A stretch of 33,422 bases of DNA from Pseudobacteriovorax sp. (GTDB lineage: Bacteria > Bdellovibrionota_B > Oligoflexia > Oligoflexales > Oligoflexaceae), in contig JBNKNM010000044.1 in the NCBI GenBank assembly GCA_050293845.1, positions 1 to 33,422 of the forward strand, read 5' to 3'. Made by a program: the position numbers and the translations under genes. This document shows positions 19,545 through 27,529 of the stretch, in pieces. Position 1 is the first letter of the stretch; each line of letters opens with the position of its first letter. The notes below the pieces were generated by a model that made no database searches, was not told where the DNA came from, and worked only from the letters and a program-made list of their open reading frames with translations.

Positions 19545-21057
19545 AAAACTAAGCTTTACCATAAGCCTTTATTTTTTCTTTAAGATACTATGGCCTGCAG
19601 ATCTTCTGGCTTCAAGCAGCAACCAAGAGTTATGCTTGAACTACCTAAACTCTAAAAAGCCATACTACGATAAATTGTTTACCTTCTACAAAACACCTGA
19701 TGCACTACCAAGAAACGATGTATTTTTGCAGCTTCAGCGGATTTCACAGCCAGCTTGTATGTTAAAGTCTGTACAAACAAAAATTATAACCCTTTTATCT
19801 CGGCATAGCGGAAAAATAGGAGTTTTACTGCCTCTCTCAGGCCCAAAGCGAGAAATAGGCCTGCATTTTGAAGCAGCCATACGCTCTTTTTATAAAAGTA
19901 ACCCTGCTCGCTTTAAAAAGACCATAGTTATTATGGATAGCAAGGGGCTTCCGCGTCCATTTCACGAATCTCTGGCTCGGTTGGTCTTTGAGGAAAAAGT
20001 ATCGATTTTAATTGGTGGTGCTACCCATCAGGAAGCACGACTATTGCGCCTTTGGAGCACACACCTAGAAATAAGCTCTCTCATTTTACATGAGCAAACT
20101 CTTCGATCCCCAGCCGCTCCCTATGCCTTCTATGTGTCTCCCGACCAGGATCAATTGTCGTTGACCCTCACCAGCTATATGCGCAGCCAAAAGTATAAAA
20201 GAGTTGCTGTTTTTCATCCAGAAAACCATCAGCTACGATTCGTTAAGCAAATCAACAAACATTCACGAGACAATGGCATACATGTTACACACAACTTTTC
20301 ATATAAACCCGCTGACTTTCATTCCCTAGAATCTAGCGTAAAGGAATTATTTAGACTGGACGACCCTGAACGTGCCGAAGAGCTAGCAGAACTTATGGCT
20401 GCAAAACAAGAGAGTCAAGAACCTGCTACCTTACCATCACCTGAAGAAGAATATGTAGTTGATGACCTTGAAAGTAGAACGACCCAAATGCCTCCTACCA
20501 AGAAAGTTTTTCTTCCCCCCATTGTTAATGTGGATGCCATCGTGCTAGCTGATCACTTTAAGACTCTTCGTCATTTCGTAGCGATTCTGAAGTACTACAA
20601 AGTTCCCCGCCTTCCCCTGTTGGGAACTCAGCAGTGGCGCGCTCCAGAGATTTTTAAACCATGGGAACCCTATCTGTCTGGTTCTGTATTTGTAGACTAT
20701 ATAGGCAGTTACCGGCAATTGCCCTATCGCCTCAAGGTTAGCTCCTCTGATTCTGAGTACCTAACATCCCCTTCGGAAGCGCAAGTACTCGATATATGGC
20801 TCATTGGTCGCCATGGAGTTGATATTGCAGATCGTATCCTTTATTTTCTTCCCCAAGATCGCCGTAACATTAACCGGATTCTTCAAAAAATGCCGAGCCG
20901 GAAAAATGAACATTTTTTTCAATCTAAGCAAGTCTTCGATTCCACCCACAAAAGCTATTGGCCCACATATCTATTTACCATTAACGGTAAGTCCATCTAT
21001 CAACTATTTAGTCGGCCGGCAGAAAGTATGAAGCTTATAGCAACACCGTTTCACTGA
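19513..21057 (+). CDS. LppC/LpoA-like PBP activator (type 1 periplasmic-binding-protein fold)
   Basis: KIGVLLPLSGP, KRVAVFHP and LLGTQQW match the LppC/PBP1-type fold. Overlaps the PBP1A stop by 32 bp; the start is uncertain. Confidence 0.7.
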   Translation: MAIIVVFLTDKKLSFTISLYFFFKILWPADLLASSSNQELCLNYLNSKKPYYDKLFTFYKTPDALPRNDVFLQLQRISQPACMLKSVQTKIITLLSRHSGKIGVLLPLSGPKREIGLHFEAAIRSFYKSNPARFKKTIVIMDSKGLPRPFHESLARLVFEEKVSILIGGATHQEARLLRLWSTHLEISSLILHEQTLRSPAAPYAFYVSPDQDQLSLTLTSYMRSQKYKRVAVFHPENHQLRFVKQINKHSRDNGIHVTHNFSYKPADFHSLESSVKELFRLDDPERAEELAELMAAKQESQEPATLPSPEEEYVVDDLESRTTQMPPTKKVFLPPIVNVDAIVLADHFKTLRHFVAILKYYKVPRLPLLGTQQWRAPEIFKPWEPYLSGSVFVDYIGSYRQLPYRLKVSSSDSEYLTSPSEAQVLDIWLIGRHGVDIADRILYFLPQDRRNINRILQKMPSRKNEHFFQSKQVFDSTHKSYWPTYLFTINGKSIYQLFSRPAESMKLIATPFH

Positions 21058-21817
21058 CCTCAAACCCATGGCGATATAAATAGTTGCGAAGATGCTGGTC
21101 GACCTTTTTCGTGGACAGAAAACATTTTTCACCGGCTTTAGCAAGTCCTGATGGGATCAGTGAAGACACCCTCGCTGCTATGGCACTCCCAGAATCTAGC
21201 CATGTCACGCCCTCTCCAAAGCTTTTCTTAAACTCATCCTGCAGATGAGGAAAGTGGGTACACCCCAGAATAACATGGTCTGGCCTGAACTCCCCAGTGG
21301 AGCTTAAAAAGCCCTGACAAATCTCTACTATTCTACGGGAATTAAAAGGTAACCCTCTTAGCTTACACTCTGCCATCTGCACCAGTTCACTACTACCTAT
21401 AGCGATCAGTTCACAGTCAGGAGCAAATTGATCCATCAACTCTTTGATATAGGGTCGGCCCACAGTGCCTGGTGTAGCTAATAATCCAATGCAGCGATTC
21501 TTACTGTACAATCCAGCTGGTTTGATAGCAGGAACAACCCCCACCACTGGAATGGAGAATCGAGCGCGCAGTTCTGGCAGTACAGTGGTACTGGCCGTAT
21601 TACAAGCCAGCACAACAGCGCGAGGATTGTACAAGGGCAGGAGGTGGTTCAGCAACAGGGTCAGCCTATCAACCAACCAAGGTTCCGTCTTTTCACCGTA
21701 GGGTAACTGGGCTAAATCCGCTAAATAGCAGGTACTTAGGTCGGGCCGTGTCCGTTCAACTTCTCGTACAATAGATAAACCACCAACACCGGAATCTAAT
21801 ACAAGTACATCATGCAT
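21035..21817 (-). CDS. murI: Glutamate racemase
   Basis: DSGVGGLS, PYGEK, ACNTAS, VVPAIKP and LGCTHF, with both catalytic Cys present. Start placed at ATG 21817 (MHDVLVLDSG) rather than 21880. Confidence 0.96.
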   Translation of the reverse strand: MHDVLVLDSGVGGLSIVREVERTRPDLSTCYLADLAQLPYGEKTEPWLVDRLTLLLNHLLPLYNPRAVVLACNTASTTVLPELRARFSIPVVGVVPAIKPAGLYSKNRCIGLLATPGTVGRPYIKELMDQFAPDCELIAIGSSELVQMAECKLRGLPFNSRRIVEICQGFLSSTGEFRPDHVILGCTHFPHLQDEFKKSFGEGVTWLDSGSAIAARVSSLIPSGLAKAGEKCFLSTKKVDQHLRNYLYRHGFEVSETVLL

Positions 21818-22136
21818 TTTCAAAAGTACCCCAAGAGGTATTAAAGTCCTGACGTCCATCAAGTAAGATAGACAGCACACAGAACTATTCAGGCTTGTTT
21901 CTTAAGTGCCCTGTGTCTATCATCATCTTAACTAGGACGTTATGGCTTATTTAGATCAAGTATTCTAAGACGCTGGGTGCGCGATCGCTATTGGCCAGCG
22001 TTAAAGAATATAGTAAATGAAGCTTCGTTTCACAACTCACTTTGTGTCATCCTATATTCCCCTGTGTGCTCTAAGTGAGTCTCTGAGGAGGGGTTTACGA
22101 TGCTACTGGTAATATTCGCTCCCTAGGGAGGCTAAC

Positions 22137-23054
22137 TTGATAAATATGAATCAATTGAAGGTATCTTTAAACAGGATTCCCGATCAATGCATCACACGAT
22201 TTGCCCCTAGCCCTACGGGGTACCTTCACCTTGGTCATGTCTTATCGGCTATATTTGTATTTGGCATTGCTGCCGCGAAGCAGGCGCGCTGCTTGCTCCG
22301 CATTGAAGACCATGACCAGGGCCGCAGTCGTGACATATATACAGCTGCCATCATTAAAGATCTACAATGGTTAGGGTTCATTGACTCCCACACGGAAATC
22401 TCAAGTCAAAGCCAACATAGCGACCGCTATGAGCAGGCCATGCTCTCCTTAGAGCGGAAGGGACTGCTTTATGGCTGCGATTGCACCCGTAAGCAAATAG
22501 AGGCTACCATGGGACTGCGACAGACCCCTAGGGAACTCAAGTATACTGGACGCTGTCGCCAACGCCACCTCGCTATAAACCAACATGGATTAGGAACTAG
22601 AGCAATTTTGGGGAGCACTACCGTCAGTTTCACCGACTTAATCTTAGGGGAACAGAGCCAAACCCCCCAAAGCCAATGCGGCGATCTACTTATTAAAGAT
22701 AGGGATGGGAACTGGACCTACCAGTTTGCCGTCGCCGTTGACGATTTAATGGATCAGGTCAACCTGGTGATCCGTGGTGCCGACCTACTTCAGTCAACGG
22801 GGCGACAAATACTGCTACAGTCTGCTTTGAACCCAGCCCCACACCAGGCTTCTTATTTACATCACCCTCTGATCCAGGACCCTTCAGGAAAAAAACTAAG
22901 CAAACGATTTTTCTCCAAAAGCATCAGCGATATGCGCGCAGCTGGTGCCAAACCAGAAGATGTCATTGGCGCAGCCTGCTATCAGGCGGGCATGATACCC
23001 CAAAACCATGCTGTTCATGTGACAGAGATAAAGGAGTTTTTTGTGCATGTCTGA
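22137..23054 (+). CDS. gluQ: Glutamyl-Q tRNA(Asp) synthetase (GluRS catalytic domain only)
   Basis: RFAPSPTGYLHLGH, LRIEDHD, YGCDCTR, YQFAVAVDD, VIRGADL and KLSKR. At 305 aa it lacks an anticodon domain. TTG start with SD GGAGG. Confidence 0.9.
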   Translation: MINMNQLKVSLNRIPDQCITRFAPSPTGYLHLGHVLSAIFVFGIAAAKQARCLLRIEDHDQGRSRDIYTAAIIKDLQWLGFIDSHTEISSQSQHSDRYEQAMLSLERKGLLYGCDCTRKQIEATMGLRQTPRELKYTGRCRQRHLAINQHGLGTRAILGSTTVSFTDLILGEQSQTPQSQCGDLLIKDRDGNWTYQFAVAVDDLMDQVNLVIRGADLLQSTGRQILLQSALNPAPHQASYLHHPLIQDPSGKKLSKRFFSKSISDMRAAGAKPEDVIGAACYQAGMIPQNHAVHVTEIKEFFVHV

Positions 23055-23946
23055 GTTTGACTTAATAGATAAGATCATCACCCAAAACCAGCCCCATCCC
23101 GCGATAGAGTGGGGACCAGGGGACGACTGCGCCATTATTAAAGACCTATCCTCTAAAACCCTTGTCACGGCTGATACCCTTATGGACGGCACCCACTTTA
23201 TACTTTCTGCCCTCTCCCCTGAGGAGATCGCCCATAAAGCTGTCTGTGTTAATCTAAGTGATATTGCCGCCATGGGGGGAACTCCAGACTACATGATCGT
23301 AGCCCTTTGTTTGCCACAATCCCTTTCAGGAAATTTCTGTGACAGGTTCTTCCACAAAATTTCGGCTCTATGTCAAACACATAACTTTGGACTAGCAGGA
23401 GGTGATACCAATACTTGGCAAGGACCCTTGGTCATCTCCATAACCCTTGTGGGTCGGCCTCATCCCCGCGGTCCCGTACTGCGATCCGGTGGCAAGCCCG
23501 GAGATGAAATCTTTGTGTCAGGCCCTTTGGGCGGTAGCCTTCAAGGCCACCATTTTCAATTCACACCCCGGCTCCAGCTCGCCAAAAGATTGCTCGATAC
23601 CTGTCAGATCAATAGTATGATTGACCTGTCTGACGGCTTAGCTGGGGACCTAAGGCACATTTTGCGGGCCAGCAATGTAGGTGCGACTTTGAACAAGGAT
23701 CAACTACCCGCTCGGCATTGTCTACGAGATCTACCGCGCTCTGAGCAAATCGCCCATATGTTATCTGATGGTGAAGATTTTGAATTATGTTTTACCTTAG
23801 ACCCTTCGGAAGCTCGAAAAGTGCAGCTCTGGCCCGAACTCTTCCCTATCGGCCAACTTACTGCCAAGTCAGGTCTGCACTGGTCAGATGGCTCAGAAAT
23901 TATGGTCAAGGGTTATGAGCATATGTTAGACTCGGAACATAGCTAA
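23047..23946 (+). CDS. thiL: Thiamine-monophosphate kinase
   Basis: MSEFDLI, GPGDDCA, NLSDIAAMGG, GGDT, MIDLSDGL, GEDFELCFT and GYEH. ATG 23047 follows SD AAGGAG. Confidence 0.95.
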   Translation: MSEFDLIDKIITQNQPHPAIEWGPGDDCAIIKDLSSKTLVTADTLMDGTHFILSALSPEEIAHKAVCVNLSDIAAMGGTPDYMIVALCLPQSLSGNFCDRFFHKISALCQTHNFGLAGGDTNTWQGPLVISITLVGRPHPRGPVLRSGGKPGDEIFVSGPLGGSLQGHHFQFTPRLQLAKRLLDTCQINSMIDLSDGLAGDLRHILRASNVGATLNKDQLPARHCLRDLPRSEQIAHMLSDGEDFELCFTLDPSEARKVQLWPELFPIGQLTAKSGLHWSDGSEIMVKGYEHMLDSEHS

Positions 23947-23963
23947 CACAAAGGTAAGCTCCC

Positions 23964-25076
23964 ATGGGTTTAAAAACAGAGTTAAAGGGTCTTAAACATA
24001 GGGCTTGGACGTCACAGCTATACAAGGAATTTGATCAAATCCTCTATCACTATCGCCTTAAGTTGAAACGCCCTGCCATACAAATTGCCACAAGTACGAG
24101 TTACTGGGGACAATGGGACCCTTTGCTCCGGTTGATCAGAATCAATGAAGGGCTCATGATATCCCACCCATGGGATGTCGTTGTGGAAGTCCTCAAGCAT
24201 GAAGTGGCGCACCAAATTGTAAATGAACTGTATGGAATCCATAGCCATACCCACGACAGCCACTTTCAAAAAGCCTGTGATCGTATTGCGGTGGCTCCCT
24301 GGGCGCGGCGGGCGACAGGTGATATCAACGCCTCCCTATCGACCAACCCCGATAGCATTTTATCGAAGCAGGAGCTCAAACTTTTAAGAAAGTTTGAAAA
24401 GCTCATTGCCTTGTCAAACTCCGAAAATCAAAACGAAGCCACTATAGCCAAACAAGCCGCTACATTACTCAAAAATAAATATGATTTAAATTTTGCCCTA
24501 AGTTTGAAAGCAAGCAATCATTGTTATATCACCGTGTGCCATAAAAAAAAGGTGATCCCTTATTTTCAAACGCGCCTTACAGCCCTTTTAGTTGAATACT
24601 TCGATGTTGAAGTGGTTTTCACCACGCTATATAACCCATCTAAAAATGAGCATTGGAAGGCATTTGAAATTCTAGGTATGACAAAAAATGTGAGGCTTGC
24701 AGAATACTTTTATCACTATATTTGGCGCCAGCTGCCTATTCTTTGGATGCAATATAAGACACATGGAGGCCAAGGGAGAAACAAGCGCAGCTACTACATG
24801 GGGGTTATCAGTGGACTGGGAGAAAAATTAGCCCGGGAGCACAGCGCGCATATCCAATCCCTCTCTCAAAATGCCCTATTAGAAATGAAAGAGCAGGAAC
24901 TCATTTCCCTGCAAAATTATCTCCACTCCCGCCACCCACGGATACACCGACGATCTTCAAAAGGACGCTTAGCTGACGAGAAAGGCTTTCAGGAAGGAAA
25001 AAAAAGGGGTAGTCTTCTAGATTTTCGTCCTGGACTCAACCGTGGAACATTGAGCCAAACACCATTGCTACGATAG
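23964..25076 (+). CDS. SprT-like zinc metalloprotease with DUF2786-like domain
   Basis: WGQW, HEVAH (HExxH) and HDSHFQK match SprT. KFEKLIALSNSENQNEA..A...LKNKYDL resembles DUF2786. Confidence 0.8.
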   Translation: MGLKTELKGLKHRAWTSQLYKEFDQILYHYRLKLKRPAIQIATSTSYWGQWDPLLRLIRINEGLMISHPWDVVVEVLKHEVAHQIVNELYGIHSHTHDSHFQKACDRIAVAPWARRATGDINASLSTNPDSILSKQELKLLRKFEKLIALSNSENQNEATIAKQAATLLKNKYDLNFALSLKASNHCYITVCHKKKVIPYFQTRLTALLVEYFDVEVVFTTLYNPSKNEHWKAFEILGMTKNVRLAEYFYHYIWRQLPILWMQYKTHGGQGRNKRSYYMGVISGLGEKLAREHSAHIQSLSQNALLEMKEQELISLQNYLHSRHPRIHRRSSKGRLADEKGFQEGKKRGSLLDFRPGLNRGTLSQTPLLR

Positions 25077-25084
25077 GAGCGCCA

Positions 25085-25867
25085 TTGAAACCATTCGATA
25101 AGTACGAATACTATTTAAAAGCTGTGCAATCCCCCGACACCGATGCAGAATTTTTGCAGAACGTCTACCTAGAGCAAAATAATACTTCAGCACAGGTCTT
25201 ACGTGAAGATTTCTGCGCCGCTTTCGCCCTCTGTTGCGAATGGGTCAAACTAGACAAGTCCCATAAAGCTGTAGGTATAGACCTTGATCCTGAACCAGTC
25301 AACTATGGCCGGGAGCATTACTTAGCTAAGCTATCCCCTTCTCAACAAGAGGCCGTACAGATCGTTGAAGCCAATGTGCTAGCTGAAAATCTTCCTAAAG
25401 CTGACATTATTGCTGCCCTTAATTTTTCGTACTTCGGATTTAAAAAACGTCAAGAGCTACTTGAATACTTTAAAAGTGCTCTGCGATCCTTGAATGAAAA
25501 TGGAATTCTCGTTCTTGATTGTTTCGGGGGAGCTGACTGCTTAGAACCCAACGAATCAGAAATTGAGCATGAGGATTTCTCCTACTTTTGGGACCAAGAT
25601 TCATTTCACCCCCTAACCAATGAAGCTATGTTCTATATCCACTTTGAACGCACAGGTGAAAAAAAACGGGAAAAAGTATTCACTTACGATTGGCGGCTTT
25701 GGTCGATACCCGAATTACGTGACCTTTTATCGGATGCAGGTTTTAGCGATGCCCAAATCTATTGGGAAGGCACTGATGAAGATGGTGATGGCAATGGAAT
25801 ATTCACCAAAACCACAGAAGGTGAAATCTGTGAGTCTTATGTTGCCTATATTATAGCTAAACGCTGA
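25085..25867 (+). CDS. Class I SAM-dependent methyltransferase-like protein
   Basis: LREDFC, VGIDLDPE, ADIIAALNFSY and GILVLDCFGG. TTG start with SD AGGAG. Confidence 0.8.
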   Translation: MKPFDKYEYYLKAVQSPDTDAEFLQNVYLEQNNTSAQVLREDFCAAFALCCEWVKLDKSHKAVGIDLDPEPVNYGREHYLAKLSPSQQEAVQIVEANVLAENLPKADIIAALNFSYFGFKKRQELLEYFKSALRSLNENGILVLDCFGGADCLEPNESEIEHEDFSYFWDQDSFHPLTNEAMFYIHFERTGEKKREKVFTYDWRLWSIPELRDLLSDAGFSDAQIYWEGTDEDGDGNGIFTKTTEGEICESYVAYIIAKR

Positions 25868-26381
25868 ATGGGGAGGCGTAATGCTCCAGATCAAGCATCG
25901 CAGCTTTTTGGCTAGTCCCTCCCGACCCACTAAATCCCCCTAAGCGGCCACCGGATGCCAAAACACGATGGCAGGGGATAATCAAGGGAACAGGATTTGT
26001 TGCCATAGCTCTACCAACAGCTCGGGCTGCATTTGGCTTGCCTATAGCTATGGCTAACTGCTTATAGCTGAGGCAGGTTCCCCGAGGAACCGTTCTGAGG
26101 TAAGAATAAACTTTCACTTGAAAGTTAGTCCAACCGGACTGATCAATTTTCACATGGGAAAAATCTACAGACTTACCTTGGTAGTACTTCTTAATTTCTT
26201 GCACCAAAAAGCTCAACCATGGGGGCATTTGGAGGGCTGACCTCGCTTCTGGATAAGAAGTGCTGACGCGGCGTTCTACTTCTTCATGGTTCTCTAAGGG
26301 TAGATATGTCACCATCACCCCAGAGCTTATCCAGATAATGCAAAACCAACCAGCATTAGTTTCAAATGTATAAAACTGCAT
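25857..26381 (-). CDS. ogt: Methylated-DNA--protein-cysteine methyltransferase
   Basis: TNFQVKV, SYKQLA, AARAVGRAMATNPVPLIIPCHRV (active-site PCHR) and LDLE. Spacing from SD GGAG favours ATG 26381. Confidence 0.95.
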   Translation of the reverse strand: MQFYTFETNAGWFCIIWISSGVMVTYLPLENHEEVERRVSTSYPEARSALQMPPWLSFLVQEIKKYYQGKSVDFSHVKIDQSGWTNFQVKVYSYLRTVPRGTCLSYKQLAIAIGKPNAARAVGRAMATNPVPLIIPCHRVLASGGRLGGFSGSGGTSQKAAMLDLEHYASPFSV

Positions 26382-26620
26382 ACTCATTCTCCAAAAAGTC
26401 AAATTTAGTGACGTACTATGGGAAGCCAGTCATAGGGCAATAACACGCTGGCAGCTTAAGCGCAACGAAGACCAAAGCGAACCAGAGCATATAAGAAAAT
26501 GAGGGACACTCCTAGTTTCTGTCGGCCATAACTCCATACAAAAACCCTAGATGGCACCGGGTACCCCAACTGCCGTGTCGAAGTAGACACCACTAGTCAC
26601 ATCTTAGAATTAGCTGTGCA

Positions 26621-26759
26621 AGTACTACAAAGATGTCCTTTCCATAACTTTAACTTTAAACTAGGAAATTCGGTAAAAAGCTTCCTAGCAGATATTCCCT
26701 TGAACCACTTTGCAAGTTGCGAAGGTAGAATAAAGAGGACTCAAAGAAATGAGAAACAC
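26621..26759 (-). pseudogene. tnpA: IS200/IS605 TnpA (Y1 HUH transposase) internal fragment
   Basis: Hand translation with one frameshift gives VFLISLSPLYS/SQLAKWFKGISARKLFTEFPSLKLKLWKGHL, the conserved KG.S.R...EFP.L...LW.GHLW segment of TnpA. Confidence 0.85.
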
Positions 26760-27089
26760 CTATTCTTCATTATCTCGCTGGGATTTCAAGGCATCGACAA
26801 GCTTATAGGTGGACATATCAATTTTTCTAAGTGGTGAGAAACTATATTCTACGAATTCGCTAGTAGTTTTGATTCCAGTTAGCCCTGTCTTGCAGCCAGG
26901 ATCGCAATAAATCTAATGTCCAAATTTAAAGTTATAAGCTTCCTTTACTTCGAAAGAAAACTGTTCATACCATTTCTTGCTCATGTCATCGTACTTGATT
27001 TTTACAAACTTAAGGTTTTGCACTTTGATATGAGGAGCTTCAATTATAATCCAGTCTTTGAGTCCTTTACCAAAGGCAAGAACATCCAT
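26760..27089 (-). pseudogene. tnpB: TnpB (IS200/IS605 RNA-guided nuclease family) internal fragment
   Basis: One frame with an internal TAG at 26913-26915: ...NLKFVKIKYDDMSKKWYEQFSFEV...*IYCDPGCKTGLTGI...RKIDMSTYKLVDALKSQRD. The KWY strand is followed by a RuvC-I-like DPG.K motif and a helix. Confidence 0.7.
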
Positions 27090-27094
27090 CTACA

Positions 27095-27279
27095 ACGTGG
27101 GCTGACCCATATGATCTAGAAATCGTTGAGATGGAAGTCATGCTAAACCACTGTCATTTGATTAAGCTTTGAAAGGGTCATCTTTGGAAACCGAGTATTA
27201 CGTGGGAACAGTTGGGAATATGTCCAAAGAAGTTGATTTACGATACATTCAGGACCAAAAAGTTCACTCACCAAGCTAA
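27095..27279 (+). pseudogene. tnpA: IS200/IS605 TnpA remnant with internal deletion, stop and frameshift
   Basis: YDLEIVEMEVMLNHCHLI (HUH motif) is joined directly to KL*KGHLWKPS/YYVGTVGNMSKEVDLRYIQDQK (catalytic YxxxQ). Confidence 0.88.
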
Positions 27280-27287
27280 TCGCTTGG
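27271..27287. mobile_element. Probable IS200/IS605 subterminal hairpin
   Basis: CCAAGC-TAATC-GCTTGG sits at the 3' end of the tnpA remnant, where these elements carry their TnpA-binding hairpin. Confidence 0.55.
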
Positions 27288-27362
27288 ATCGTGATGGAGC
27301 CTTATATCCACCATTTGAAAAAGTCGGGATTACAGCTCATTGTTCTAAAAATGAGTCTGGAA

Positions 27363-27436
27363 AGTGTAAAGATAGGATTCATATTTGAATTTCATAGACA
27401 CTTTCTGAATTGAGTCTAAACCTCTATCTTTACACT
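27363..27436. repeat. 13-bp perfect inverted repeat enclosing 48 bp
   Basis: AGTGTAAAGATAG (27363-27375) and CTATCTTTACACT (27424-27436). Confidence 0.85.
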
Positions 27437-27529
27437 GACCAAACGAATGACCGAAAACCTTTAACAGAAAGACTTTTCAGAAGATCGCTATATTTCGGCC
27501 AAGATCTATCCCAACGCTGTTATTAGCTC

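Noticed and set aside
21890..22090. 6S or SRP RNA in the murI-gluQ spacer
   Set aside because: No SRP loop motif and no closing stem around a central bubble; kept only as an unassigned hairpin.
22137..23054. Glutamyl-tRNA synthetase gltX
   Set aside because: Too short and lacks the anticodon-binding domain; fits GluQ.
26616..27119. Plus-strand ORFs of 73 and 67 aa as genes
   Set aside because: They are antisense shadows of the minus-strand tnpA and tnpB fragments.
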